NCBI RefSeq assembly: GCF_006345805.1
Contig: NW_021835987.1
Coordinates: 278,218 to 342,217, forward strand
Source: Octopus sinensis
Lineage: Eukaryota
Length of the DNA: 64,000 nucleotides
Direction: 5' to 3'
The position numbers and the translations under genes are program-made. Below, one piece after another: positions 37,570 to 53,238 of this stretch. Positions within the stretch are counted from its first letter, which is position 1. Every line of letters starts with the position of its first letter. Below the pieces are notes generated by a model, which had not been told where the DNA came from, did no database searches, and saw only the letters and a list, made by a program, of their open reading frames with translations.

Positions 37570-38180
37570 CATACGTACATACATACATACATACACACTT
37601 ACATACATACATGCATGCATGCATACATGCAAGCATACATAGATACATACATACATACACACATACATGCATGCATGCATACATACATACATAAATACTT
37701 ACATACATACATACATGAATAAATACATACAAACATACATACATAGATACGTACATAAATACATACATACATACATACATACATACATACATACATACAT
37801 AAATACATACGTACATACGTACATACATAAATACATACATACATACAAAAATACATACATACAAACATGCATGCATGCATACATACATACATACACACAC
37901 ATGCATATATGCATACATACATACATACATTCATACATACATACGTAAATACATACATACAAACATGCATGCATGCATACATACATACATACATGCATAC
38001 ATACATACATACATAAATACATACATACATGCATGCATGCATGCATACATATATACATACACACATACATGCATACACATATACATACATACATACATAC
38101 ATACATACACACATACATACATACATACATACATACACACATACATACATACATACATACATACATACATACATACATGC
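37570..38180. repeat. (CATA)n microsatellite inside the mariner fragment
   Basis: Directly visible; mirrors 20855-21262. Confidence 0.95.
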
Positions 38181-38309
38181 AAATAAAAATACCATGTTGT
38201 TGATCTTGAAATTCCAATGAAGGAACTTGGAGGTAGGTTACAAACCGATTATTTCCCTATGGGCAAGAAATCTTGATATAAACTGAATAATGACATACAT
38301 ATGAGACTC

Positions 38310-38363
<54 letters not shown>

Positions 38364-38973
38364 CGAGCATGAGTGCGTGTATGTCTACAGTGATAGATCC
38401 GAGTGTTTCATTTATTCACAATTTGATTTATTAATTTCACCGGACTATGAATACCTATAATGGTGCCTACGCAGTCGTCCACACTCATCACTGCCCTTAT
38501 CAGTGGTTACAGGGAAATGATTGCGGAGTCCCTTTTTGCCTTCTGCTTTTCCTTATCCTTTTTGTATTTCTTCCTTTGTTTTGCCGTTTTTTTCTCGGCT
38601 TTCAATACTCCCTCAGTCCTAACTGCCACTAGCAAGCTTTCCTCGCTTTAGCATATCTGTCTCATCAAGTTCCCGAGTTCGATACCTACGCAGTCTTGCA
38701 CACTTATCAGTGCCCTTCCTCCATTTGCCCTCTTCGTGTAGAGACGATCAGTGTCTGCACATGGATGATGGCCTCCATGTATCATTAGACGCTTCCTTGT
38801 CTTCCTGTCCAACTCTTATCTCTCCTCCTCTGTTCAGTTAAGGATCCCAGCGCCATACCGAACTACTGCGGCTGCGCATAAGTTCATGGCCGAAATTATG
38901 TTTTAGGTATTCAGCTTTGAAGCCAATACTATTACTACTGCTGCTGCTATTACTACTACTACTACTACTACTG

Positions 38974-39011
<38 letters not shown>

Positions 39012-39182
39012 GCTGCTGCTGCCGCTGCTGCTGCTGCTGCTGCTCCTGCTCCTACCACTACTACTACTACTGCTGCTGTTGCTACTACTACTACTACTAC
39101 TATTACTACTACTACAACTACTACTACTGATATTACTACTACTACTGCTGCTGCTGCTACTGCTGCTACTGCTGCTACTACA

Positions 39183-39213
<31 letters not shown>

Positions 39214-39228
39214 TGATTATTATTTCAG

Positions 39229-40321
39229 ACAGCCAATGGATTAAAGCATATGCCATACCAATGAATGCTGGTTCGAGAGTCTATGAGTCATTCATGAATA
39301 TAGGAAATACTTCATCCTGGAAAGTGGACAAATGCAATGGTACCTTCTGTCCTAACTTCTTCCGACATCCCTTCCTTGATTTCTGGGAACATCTTCCAAT
39401 TGATGAGGTACGTAGCCGTATGCATACACATACACTAATATACATATAATAATAGTAATAATCGTGACGAATATTTGCCATTTAGATATGGCTAACCCCT
39501 AAGGGTGGATGCTACTGTAGTTTGTAGACCCAGGAGGACACCTCCCAGAAACTCGAGTCCGTGTGTATCATAAGTTAAAGACGGGAAGGATGGCTTCCCT
39601 TTGCAAATACTGATAGGGCACAGAAAATGTGTCTATAGCCAGCGGAAGGAGGTGTCCTCCTGGGGCTACAAATTACAGTAGCATCACCCTTAGGGGTTAG
39701 CCATATTTAAATGGCAAATATACGTCACATGTTTTGTAGCTACCGTTTATAACACGCTCTAAGATTTATTATTAATAGTAATAATGATTAACAGATATTT
39801 AGATCAATTCAATTGCTTGTTACATTTTGACCTACAAAAATTATTTATGAGGAAGGCGAAACAGTGTTGAATAAAATTCTATCCGCGGAAAACCGCAGTA
39901 ATAAGAAAAGATTATCACAGACAAAAGAATCTCCTTTTGGGTTTTTTTTTTATTTGATTTTGATTTTCCAGTTTCAGCTAATGAGCTGTGGCCATGCTGG
40001 GGCACCGCCATTTAATGAGTAAATGGGAAACAAAATCGATGAAATCAGCTTACCATACATGACTGATTTCAGCAGAAAGTAAAGCACGTGGACCTCGGTG
40101 GTACTTGGATTCAAAGCTGAATTACTTTGTCATTCTTCTTGTGAGATGGCAAGATTGAGTAACAAACAAAACCTTATGGGAACAGACGAACCAGGGACCT
40201 GTCAGAGCCCAGATCAAGAGCAGTCATGGATCATGGCTAGTTCAAAATATAAATTTATTTCGTCACTGTATTTATTGCGGAGATGTGTCAATTCATGAAA
40301 TGTTTTACTCTAGATATATAC

Positions 40322-40356
<35 letters not shown>

Positions 40357-42239
40357 GGGGGGGGTGTAATAGAGCTAAAAACGGATGGATTATTTGGGTA
40401 TAACGACACACGTTTCCTTTGCAGAAGATTGTTATTATAGACACATTACGTCATGCAACATGGAATGGAATAGGTTGAGATCGTATGTAATATTATGAAA
40501 TAAGTTTGAATAACATTACCAATTCTGTAGGTCATACTGTATTAGAGGTTAATTAGCGATGTATGCCACATAGTATCATGGTAATATATGAATTTTTCAA
40601 ATGAAGGGGTATCAAATATGTTATTTGATTCATTTAGAGATATTAATCGTCTGGAAGCCGTTTAGCGACGTGCAACCGAGAGAATACCCTCCATCAGGCA
40701 TTTGCCATATTCTGAACGCCTTACTTCTCTGGGCATGGACACATTGAAACATTTTTTCACGCTGAGAGTTGCTGAAGCATGGAACAAACTGCCGGCATCG
40801 GTTGTTAGTTGTCGGAGCACTGCATCCTTCAAAACTTCCATGCTTTCTGAGATTCCCCAACACTACACCTGATTTTCTCCCCTCCATACACACGCAAACA
40901 TGTATCTGACTCATACACTGTTTGCTTTCCAGACATTTGTACTTTACTGCATATACTTTATACGCACTTTCTGACAAGTTGTGGTGCACCTGAGCACTGT
41001 ATACATTGACTTCATTATTATTATTATAGCAAGATACGGATTAGGTGATAGGCCAATCAAAATCATCAATTTTGCCTGTTATGCTTTACTGTTTACACTG
41101 CGTGTGTGTCAGTGTGTCTCAGTGTGTGCGTGTGCGTGTGTGTGCGTTTGTGTGTGTGTGTCAGTCTGTCAGTGTGTGCGTGTGTGTGTGTTTGTGTATT
41201 TGCGTGTGTGTGTGTGTGTGTGTGTGTGTTTGTGAGTTTGTGTGTGTGTTTGTGTGTGTGTGTGTGAGTGTGTATGTGTGTGTACCCGTGTGTGTATATG
41301 TGCGTGCTACATGTTCATATCTTTTGCAGGTAAAACTGGTAATCTATAAAAACGGAACCGATTCGAAAACAATCATATTTGATGGACGAAATACAACACT
41401 TAACACCTGGTTCTCTCACGAAAACTTGAAAAGTTCACCATGGGACGACCTAGCATCCGACCCCAATCCTAAGTACTTAATGAGGTGAGTATAGTATGTC
41501 TATATATATTTTATGCTGGGGTTTTATTCCGTTACGTAGAGACTTATCATGTTACAAAAAAAATTGCCTTTCGTAGGCAACAGATAGAAAGTTTAACCTA
41601 TACATTTAGATGCTAAACTTTCTGGAGACGAACAACATATGCCCAGGTTTTCAACAGTATATCTTCATTTGTTATGATATACAGAATGCTAATTTGAACT
41701 AATACTGCTGCCGTCTGTAAAGATGAAATATATCCGGCGTTCCGTCCAGGAGGGGAACCTATACGCCAAGAAACCTTGAAAGCGGCCCTTATGAGCCAGG
41801 CATGGCTCGAGAAGGAACAACCAATCGCCGCTGCAAGAGGCTATAACTCTATTAATGGTACATTTCTGTATTTTCAACACTACACGACCAAATGAAATGC
41901 TTTCTCGTTACGAACAGCAGAGTTACCAGAATTTCACATTAAGTAGCATATTTTAAAGTGGGAAGCACGAAAATGTATTTTCACCTTAAAATGTACACTC
42001 TTTTATTCTTTTACTCGTTTCAGTCATTTGACAGCGGCCATGCTGGAGCAGTTTTAGTCGAGCAAATCGACCCCATGATTTATTCTTTGTAAGCCTAGTA
42101 CTTATTCTATCAGTCTCTTTGGCCGAACCGCTATGTTACGGGAAAGTAAACACACCAGATTCGGGGGGACAAACACAGACACACAAACACACATACACAC
42201 ACATACACACACACACACACACGCACACACACACACACA

Positions 42240-42288
<49 letters not shown>

Positions 42289-42426
42289 TTAATCTAAACA
42301 TAAAAGCACAAAAAAACACAACAACGCGACATATATTTACTTGGGCAAGTGTTTTCTACTATAGCCTCGAGCTCACCAAAGCCTTGTGAGTGGATTTGGT
42401 AGATGGAAACTGAAAGCAGCCCGTCG

Positions 42427-42471
<45 letters not shown>

Positions 42472-42940
42472 CTGTATGTTTGTCTGTGTTTTTCCCTCCA
42501 ACATCGCTTGACAAAAGATGCTGGTGTGTTTACGTCCCCGTAACTTAGCGGTTCTGCAAAAGAGACCGATAGAATAAGTACTAGGCTTACAAAGAATAAG
42601 TTCTGGGGTCGATTTGCTCGACTAAAGGCGGTGCTCCAGCATGGCCGCAGTCAAAATAACTGAAACAAGTAAAAGAGTAAAGGAGTAAACGTTTAGGCTT
42701 TCATATTCTGAAACCCATCCAACTTTTATTAACTCCACAGAAACGATCGTCCCTTCGGTATATCAAAAGGGGCTAAGTGTACAAAGATGAGTGGCTGGTT
42801 CATTATTGATCCCCGTCCGACAAATTGTGGGTTTGCTTACAAAGATCATTCTCCTTCAGTCCGTTATTCTGATAAAACTCGAAAGTTGTTTGGAGAAACG
42901 GTGAGTGATATTTTTATAATTTGTGTGTGTGTGTGTTTTG

Positions 42941-42980
<40 letters not shown>

Positions 42981-43478
42981 CGTATGTGTGTGTGTGGGCG
43001 TGTGCACGAGTGTGTGTGTGTGTATGCGTATGTGTGTGTGTGGGCGTGTGCACGAGTGTGTGTGTGTGTGCGTATGTGTGTGTGTGGGCGTGTGCACGAG
43101 TGTGTGTGTGTATGCGTATGTGTGTGTGTGGGCGTGTGCACGACTGTGTGTGTGTGTGCGTATGTGTGTGTGTGGGCGTGTGCACGAGTGTGTGTGTGTG
43201 TGTGTGCGCGCGTGTATATGTGTGTGTATGTGCGTATTTATGTGTGTGAGCCTTGATTCAACTTATTTATTATTAAGAGCATCCCAACCATGACCCTCCT
43301 GTATGTTTCCCACTCAACGATGTAAAGATTCGGCTGCTATTTCTAGTAATTCGAGTGAACGCGCATGAAGACCTTCCACGATTTATTTCCATTCCTTTGG
43401 TTATTGATGTTGTTATTGTTACTTCCAGGCTATACATTAGCAGACTCCATGGCCGTATTCATCCGCCTGAGGCAGTAG
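39229..43478 (+). CDS. Paralog P1 (unit 2)
   Basis: Exons 39229-39407, 41330-41484, 42741-42900 and 43429-43478. Near-identical to unit 1 (PIDE vs PINE). Exon C is 160 bp because one A is missing in a homopolymer (gataaaactc), likely a sequencing error. Confidence 0.85.
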
Positions 43479-44400
43479 AATTTATCCAGCACATGATATT
43501 ATAGTTGTTGTTCACGCCCATCCAATCCTGCTGACCACCACTAGTGATCTCAGTAGGTCAAGTATTACCTGTTAATAAAGAATCCATATAAATATTCTAA
43601 GTTGTTCACGTCCACCCAATCCTGCTGACCACCACTATTGATCCCAGTAGGTCAAGTATTACCTGTCGATAAAGAATCCATAGAAACATTCTGTGTTGTT
43701 AACGTCCATCCAATCCTGCTGACCACCACTAGTGATCCCAGTAGATCAAGTATTACCTGTTAATAAAGAATCCATATAAATATTCTAAGATGTATACGTC
43801 CATCCAATCCTGCTGACCACCACTAGTGATACCAGTACGTCAAGTATTACCTGTTAATAAAGAAACCATATAAATATTCTAAGATGTTAACGTCCATCCA
43901 ATCATGCTGACCAAAACTAGTGATACCAGTAGGTCAAGTATTACCTGTTGATAAAGAATCCATAGAAATATTCTGTGTTGTTAACGTCCATCCAATCCTG
44001 CTGACCACCACTAGTGATCCCAGTAGATCAAGTATTACCTGTTAATAAAGAATCCATATAAATATTCTAAGATGTATACGTCCATCCAATCCTGCTGACC
44101 ACCACTAGTGATACCAGTACGTCAAGTATTACCTGTTAATAAAGAAACCATATAAATATTCTAAGATGTTAACGTCCATCCAATCATGCTGACCACCACT
44201 AGTGATACCAGTAGGTCAAGTATTACTTGTTAATAAAGAATCCATATAAATATTCTAAGATGTTAACGTCCATCCAATCATGCTGACCACCACTAGTGAT
44301 ACCAGTAGGTCAAGTATTACCTGTTAATAAAGAATCCATATAAATATTCAAAGTCCGTCTTTCGAGTTGTGATTGGCTTCTCTGACCCCACAGACTGAGC

Positions 44401-44438
<38 letters not shown>

Positions 44439-45104
44439 TTCTAGTTCTTACTAAATGCTTTGCACCTTAGGTAAGTGTCTTCTACGAAAGCCTTCTGAGT
44501 GGATTAAGTAGGCGGGAACCGAAAGAAACATGTCGTTTATGTGTGTGTGTGTGTGTGTGTGTGTTTATATGTATGTGTGTGTGTGTGTTTTTATGCGTGT
44601 GCTTGCTACCCTCCCCACCAACATCGCTTGATAAACGATGCTGGTGTGTTTACGTCGCCGTAACTTTGTGGGTCGGCAAAAGAGACCGATAGAATAAGTA
44701 CTAGGCTTACAAAGAATAAGGTCTGAAGACGATTTCTTCGACTAAAGGCGATGCTCCAGCATGGCCGCTGTCAAATAACTGAAATAAATACAAGAAATGA
44801 ATAATTAAACGGCTAGTATTCTGATTTCGAATTTAAACCTTAAGTTCGGGATGAGGTCGATCTTATAGCAGTTTATATATATTGTTAAAATCTTTTATCC
44901 TTTATGGAAAATGATGTAAACCTCTGTAGAGACAACTGGAATTTCATAAGTATAAGTGACTAATATCAAAGAAGTACCAACGGTATCCCCTAGTATATAT
45001 ACATATATAGAACTTCCAATATCGTTAGTCGATATAGAGCAAAACTGGTGTACACTTGGATAAAATTTATCCCTAGGATAAAACATCCTATTTTCATACA
45101 AACT

Positions 45105-45161
<57 letters not shown>

Positions 45162-45682
45162 AAGCGCAATGGACCATTGGTTCAGGCAGCTGACTGGCGG
45201 TTGTAGGATCGCGGTTTCTATTCCCAGACCGGGCTTTGTGAGTGTTTATTGAGCGAAAACACCTAAAGCTCCACGAGGCTGCAGCAGGGGGGTGGTGGCG
45301 GTCCCTGCTGTACTCTTTCGCCATAACTTTCTTTCACTCTTTCTTCTGTTGGCCTGCTTGCTTAGCCAGTGGGGTGGCGTCATTTGAAGGGTAAAACAAT
45401 GCGAAGCACATTGTGACCAGCGATGTGTAGCAACATGTGATAGCTTGGTCGGTCACGGTGACCACGGTGATATATATATATATAAATCTCTGAACGAAAT
45501 ATAACAGTGACTGCACGACCCGTGAGGTATATTTGCCATCTCAATATGGCTAACCACTAAGTGCTGGTGTTACTGTAGCTTGTAGCCCCAGGAGAACATG
45601 TACTCCAGCTGGCTTTAGGCACCCTTTCTGTGCCCTTAAGGTATTTGCACACAACAATTCCACTATTACTACTCACAGTAAG

Positions 45683-45719
<37 letters not shown>

Positions 45720-45735
45720 AGAAAACATCACTTAC

Positions 45736-46699
45736 CGTGGTTCCATACGACTTTCATTTTTGTGTCAGAATAACGGATTGAAGGAGAATGATCTTTGTAA
45801 CCAAACGAATAAGATGGCGGAAGCTCATCGATAACCAGCCAGCCGCTTACTTTTGTACTTGTGTTGCCTTTTGTTATATAGAAGCTATATTTTCCTCTGT
45901 GAAGTTAACAAAAGTTGGTTGGGTTTCAGAATATGAAAATCTAAACATTTATGAAATATATATCAATATAGGCGCAGGAGTGGCTGCGTGGTAAGTAGCT
46001 TGTTTACCAACCACATGGTTCCAGGTCCAGTCCTACTGCGTGGCACCTTGGGCAAGTGTCTTCTACTATAGCCTCGGGCCGACCAAAGCTTGTGAGTGGA
46101 TTTGGTAGACGGAAACTAAAAGAAGCCTGTCGTATATATATATATATATATAATAATAAATATTAGGGAATAAATCCAAATTTACAGGGAAAAAATCAGA
46201 TTTAGGATTAAATCGATTTTATAGTAAAATATTATAAAATATTATTCGAGACAAAACCACTATTTTGCAAAACAAACAAGGAAAAACTTAATCAATACAT
46301 AAAATTTTAATAAATAGTCAAAAAAACCGCCACTACAATCGTTTCTTGTCTTGATCGACAATCTTCAGGTGGACTTCCAATAATTCAGTGTCAATTGTAT
46401 ATTTTATTTATCTGTATGAGTGTGGGTGTGTAAATATTGTTGTATATATCGAGTTTAGTGAGTATATATATGAGTATATGTGAGGGAGTATATGTATCTG
46501 TTGTGTGTGTGTGTGTTTTGTGTGTGTGTGTTTGTGTGTGAATGTTTTGACACTGAATTATTGGAAGTCCACCTGAAGATTGTCGATCAAGACAAGAAAC
46601 GATTGTAGTGGCGGTTTTTTTTACTATTTATTAAAATTTTATGTATTGATTAAGTTTTTCCTTGTTTGTTTTGCAAAATAGTGGTCTTGTCTCGAATAA

Positions 46700-46780
<81 letters not shown>

Positions 46781-47324
46781 ATGTGTGTTGTGTGTCTGTG
46801 TTTGTCCCTCTAGCATTGCTTGACAACCGATGCTGGTGTGTTTATTTCCCCGTCACTTCGCGGTTCGGCAAAAGAGACCGATAAAATAAGTACTAGTTTT
46901 ACAAAGAATAAGTTCCGGGGTCGAGTTGCTCGATTAAAGGCGGTGCTCCAGCATGGCCGTAGTCAGACGACTGAAACAAGTAAAAGAGAGTAAAAGAGAG
47001 TATGTCCGCAATACACAATTGAATCGGTCAGTGTTCAAAATAGCCTTCAGTGTATCATACTTAAACTATATATCTGTAGCCTACGAAAAGTGATTCTTAA
47101 TATTATATTTCTTTACATAACGAAACGAAAGAAAATAAGAAAAAAGATATGTGAATATACTTATTTAGCTCCACTGAGAAACGCAATTTTGTGGCTGAAG
47201 CTAGATCGTCCCATGGTGAACTTTTCAAATTTTCCAGAGAGAACCAGGTTTTAAGGGTTGTATTTCGTCCATCAAATATCATAGTTACCACATCTGTTTG
47301 GTTTTCGTAGAGCACCAGTTTCAC
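45736..47324 (-). CDS. Paralog P3 (unit 2): exons B and C
   Basis: Exon B 47324-47161 and exon C 45896-45736 (161 bp, open), essentially the same as the unit-1 copy. Confidence 0.75.
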
Positions 47325-47562
47325 CTGCAAAAGAAATGTTCATTTCATTAGTTGGTTCATAAACTTTAGGACATTAAAATGTTAACTTATATATTTATTA
47401 AATGATAATTCTAATTACATACATACATATACTATATCATTCTATGTATATAACATAATAATACACGCAATTATTAAAAAACTTGAATATAAATTATTAT
47501 ACACACACACACCACCACACACATATATATACATACATACATACATACATATATATTATATA

Positions 47563-47616
<54 letters not shown>

Positions 47617-47654
47617 CATATCGACATCTCTCTCTTCCTCTCTCTCAATATATG

Positions 47655-47704
<50 letters not shown>

Positions 47705-50045
47705 ATATATATGACATGAACTAAGATTCACCTGATATCCACGCACATTACGGATTTTACTGTAATGATCCCGGGAATATGGACTAAGTTCGTACGAAAT
47801 ATGCAACTTGCGGAAATACGCGTAGCGAGGGATTAAAATACTTATAAATCCCATTCATGGATTATTATGACTATAACTATGTTTATCCTACTTTGAATCG
47901 GAACACCTCGGTACAATTCCATAAAAACGCTGTTGCAGGTTCGAATCATTGGACGACAGCCGACGCAATGAAATAGCAGTTTTTATATGAGTACTCAAAA
48001 AACGAGCTTTTGTGTGTACGTGTGTGCATGTGTGCGTGCTGTGCATGTGTGTGCGTGCTTGCGTCTTTGTGCGCGTTTGTGTGTGTGTGTGTGTGCGCGC
48101 GCGTGTATTTGTATACTTAAACTTCGAACACCAAGAACAAGTGTTCAACACCGTTTTGGTGGATAAAATTCGTCTATTTAAGCTACCATTAGTTACACGT
48201 TCAGATGAACTTCTTAATATCTGAACAATTTGAAAGCTAATTGCCCGCAAGGAATGACATTCGGCTCTATTGTGGAGGAAAACACGAAAAATCTCAGGAA
48301 AAATTTCCTGAACTTACATGACATCGATTCTATGACATATAGAATCAAGTAATCAAGGGAAGTTACTCTCTAATGACAACTTTGATTGATTACCTCCCTT
48401 GGATTTAAAATACTTTCTTGGATGGTGAATTTGCATCATATCATATTATGTTATATTCTTGGTATATGTGGAGGGAATTCCTCGGGGTAGGGGTGGCATG
48501 TGTGGAGTTCATGTGTTGTATATATTGAATGTTCACGCATCGAGAAAGAAACTATCCTGCTGGGATTGTTGGCATGGGAGTCTCCTCTTGACATGTCGGA
48601 GTATGAAATATTGCTTGTGTATGTAGCGAGAGAAGGTCTCATCCCTAATATTAAGAGATATTATCTGTTGACTGTATGATATTTAGCTTTTCAGTGATAC
48701 AGAGCTAATCATTGTAAGTATACTAGCCATCTCAATATGGCTAACCACTAAGGGTGAGTGTTACTGTAGCTTGTAGCCCCAGGAGATCATCGTCTCCAGC
48801 TGGCTTTAGGCACCCTTTTGTGCCCTTATGGTATTTATGGTATTTGCAAATACCTTAAGAGCACAGAAAGTGTGCCTAAAGCCAGCTGGAGACAATGATC
48901 ATGGCTCCGTAACACCATCTAAAGCCAACATATGGTACTAGTTACAAGCAATAAGTTACGTATCAACTGCTAAGTGTAGCTCTACTCGTCAACAGATAAT
49001 TCAGCTAAATATCATACAGTCAACAGATAATATCTTAAATATTAGGGATGAGACCTTCTCTCGCTACATACACAAGCAATATTCATACTCCGATATTTCA
49101 AAGAGGAGACTCCCATGCCAACAATCCCAGCAGGATAATTCTTTCTCGAAGAGTGAACATTAAATAAATATATACAACACATGAACTCCACACATGCCAC
49201 CCTACCCGAGGAATTCCCTTCACATACACCTAGAATATAACATAATATGTATGATGCAAATTCACCATCCAACAAAGTATTTAAATCCAAGGGAGGTAAT
49301 CAATCAAAAGTTGTCATTAGTGAGCACCCTCCTTGATTACTTGTTTCTATATGTCATAGAATCGATGTCATGTGAATTCAGGAAATTTTTCCTGAGATTT
49401 TTCGTGTTTTCCTCCACAATAGAGCGGAATGCCATTCCTTGCGGGCAATTAGCTTTCAAAATTGTTCAGATATTAAGAAGTTCATCTGAACGTGTAACTA
49501 ATGGTAGCTTAAATAGACGAATTTTATCCACCAAAACGGTGTTGAACACTTGTTCTTGGTGTTCGAAGTTTAAGTATACAAATACACGCGCGCGCACACA
49601 CACACACACAAAAAACGCGCACAAACAGACGCAAGCACGCACACACATGCACACACGTACACACACACAAGCTCGTTTCTTGAGTACTCATATAAAAACT
49701 GCTATTTCATTGCGTCGGCTGCCGTCCAATGATTCCTACCTGCAACAGCGGTTTTATGGAATATCTGCGTGTTTGCATACGTAGATATTAACAAGTGAAA
49801 CCATGGTACGTAGGTAATCGTTTTTTATTCCGTATATTTTCATTTGTTTCGCTTATTTTTACATTTTGGCGTTTTGCTGAGATTTTGCTTGAGAACACAC
49901 CCTTCGTTTAATGGCGATTTGACGTCTATGTTTAGCATATTAGGTGTCCTCTTGATTTTGTATGTACGCAATTTTTAATCTTCGGATGTTTTAAATATGC
50001 TAAGCCACTGGTTTCAATTGATTATATCAATTTCTACTCTTATTA

Positions 50046-50147
<102 letters not shown>

Positions 50148-51549
50148 GTCCCGGGTTGAGTCGGGGTTAACCACAGTAAATAAGGTACTCAATACATTGC
50201 AGCTTCCTGAAGATTTCATCTGAATGAAACAGTTCTAGTCCTGTAGAAGCTCCTTCTATAAAATAATATATATATATATATATATATATAATTGTGTGTG
50301 TGTGAGGTATATTTGTCATCTCAATATGGCTAACCACTAAAGGTGGGTGTGTTGCTGTAGCTTGTAGCCCCATGAGAACATCTACTCCAGCTGGCTTTAG
50401 GCACGCTTTCTGTGCCTTTAAGGTATTTGAAAATATCTTAAGAGCACCGAAAGCATGCCTATTGCCAGCTGGATGAGATGTTCTCCTGGGGCTACAAGCT
50501 ACAGTAACACCCACTCTTAGTGGTTAGCCATATTGAGATGGCAAATATACCTCACGTTGTCGTTCAGTTACTGTTTATACTTCGTTCAGAGATTTATTGT
50601 ATATATATATATGTATATGTTTTATTTCTTTTAATAATATATTATACGACTAAACGCACGCACCCTCTTAAGTAAGATTGATCTGTATATCAAGTTCGCC
50701 TTGATATTAACTCTCACGCGCACTCTGCTCTTTCTTTCTTTCTTTCTTTCTTTCTATCCCATCCCCTTTTCGTCTTTTTTCCCTCACTTAACTTGTCTCC
50801 TCCTCTCTCTCTCATTCTTCATTCTCTCTCTCCCCCTCACCATTCTTCATGGTCTCCTCGCACCATTCCCTTTCTTCTCTCCCTTCCTCTTGCTCCTCCT
50901 CCCCCATTCCCGTCGTCCATCTGCGACGATACTTCCGCCGTAACTGCTAACGGTCTTTCTCGCCCGCCTTTTAAGGCTACTGGACGACTTTTCCTGCTCT
51001 CTCGTCGTTCACAAAAAATTAGCGTTTGCAATACTTTTTTCGTTCGGCGTCAACAGCCCTTCTTATCTTGTTCTCCCTGTCCTGTCTTTTACTATTATAT
51101 TTTTTTTACTGTTTATATATATATTTTTTTAACTGTTTATATTTTTGTACTGTCGTTACTGTCTCGTTTTTTTACCGTTTTCTTACCATTTTTTTACCAT
51201 TTTTTACCCCTCTGCGAAAAGATCTCAGAATTTTAATTGATTTGCTTTTCGCAGGAAGGAAAGTTTCTTGTCGAAGATACGTCTCGCTTTTATCCTTCGA
51301 AACGTAGAGTAGATGAAACCTTAGCGACTGAAGAAGGGGTTTTTTCGTTCTGTTAACTGTCCTGTACTCCATTTTTTGTTGTTTTTAAAAAAATGTCCTG
51401 TTCCTTTGGTTTGTGTCTATGTTTGCGTTTCTCTATGTGTTCGACGTCCCTTTGGTGTCCTGTACTCATATATGCGTGTATATGTACATGTAGAGATAGG
51501 TACGTACATATATGTTTATATATATGCATATGTTTTATTTCTTTTATTA

Positions 51550-51580
<31 letters not shown>

Positions 51581-53238
51581 CACCGTGGTCACCGTGACCG
51601 ACCATGCTATCACATGTTGCTACACATCGCTGGTCACAATGTGCTTCGCATTGTTTTAGCCTTCAAATGACGCCACCCCGCTGGCTAAGCAAGCAGGCCA
51701 ACAGAAGAAAGAGTGAAAGAAAGTTATGGCGAAAGAGTACAGCAGAGATCGCCACCAGCCACTGTCAGAGCCTCGTGGAGCCTTAGGTGTCTTCGCTCAA
51801 TAAACCCTCACAAAGCCCGGTCTGGGAATCGAAAACGCGATCCTACAATCGCGAGTCCGCTGCCCTAACAAATGGTCATTGCGCCTCCACACACACACAC
51901 ACATATATATAAGTTTGTACGGAAAGAGGTTGTTTTTTCCTAGGGATAAATTTTATCCAAGTGTACACCAGTTTTGCTCTATATCGACTAACGATATTGG
52001 AAGTTCTATATATGTATATATACTAGGGATACCGTTGGTTCTTCTTTGATATTAATCACTTATACTTCTGAAATTCCAGTTGTCTCTACAGAGGTTTACG
52101 TTATTTTCCATAAAGGATAATAGATTTTAACAAAATATATAAACTGCTATAAGATCGACCTCATCACGAACTTAAGGTTTAAATTCGAAATCAGAATACT
52201 AGCCGTTATTATTCTTTTCTTGTATTTATTTCAGTATTTGACAGCGGCGCTGCTGGAGCACCGCCTTTAGTAGAACAAATCAACTTCAGGCCTTATTCTT
52301 TGTAAGCCTAGTACTTATTCTATCGGTCTCTTTTGCCGACCCACAAATTACGGGGACGTAAACATACCAGCATCGTTTATCAAGCGATGTTGGTGGGGAG
52401 GGTGGCAGGCACACGCATAAAAACACACACACACACATACATACAGTAAGTGACACACTCACAACACACACGACATGTTTCTTTCGGTTCCCGCCTACTA
52501 AATCCACTCACAAGGCTTTGGTAGAAGACACTTACCTAAGGTGCAACGCATTTAGTATGAACTAGAACATAAAAAACAACAACAACAACAACAGCTCTGT
52601 CTGTGGGGTCAGAGAAAGCCAATCACAACTCGAAAGACGGACTTCGAATATTTATATGGATTTCTTATTAACAGGTAATACTTTTCCTACTGGGATCACT
52701 AGTGGTGGTCAGCAGGATTGGATGGACGTGAACAACTTAGAATATTTATATGCATTCTTTATTAACAGGTAATACTTGACCTACTGGGATCACTAGTGGT
52801 GGTCAGCAGGATTGGATGGACGTTAACAACTTTGAATATTTATATGGATTCTTTATTAACAGGTAATACTTGACCTACTGGGATCACTAGTGGTGGTCAG
52901 CAGGATTGGATGGACGTGAACAACTTAGAATATTTATATGGATTCTTTATTAACAGGTAATACTTGACCTACTGGGATCACTAGTGGTGGTCAGCAGGAT
53001 TGGATGGACGTGAACAACTTAGAATATTTATATGCATTCTTTATTAACAGGTAATACTTGACCTACTGGGATCACTAGTGGTGGTCAGCAGGATTGGATG
53101 GACGTTAACAACTTTGAATATTTATATGGATTCTTTATTAACAGGTAATACTTGACGTACTGGGATCACTAGTGGTGGTCAGCAGGATTGGATGGACGTT
53201 AACAACAAACAACTATAGTATCATGTGCTGGATAAATT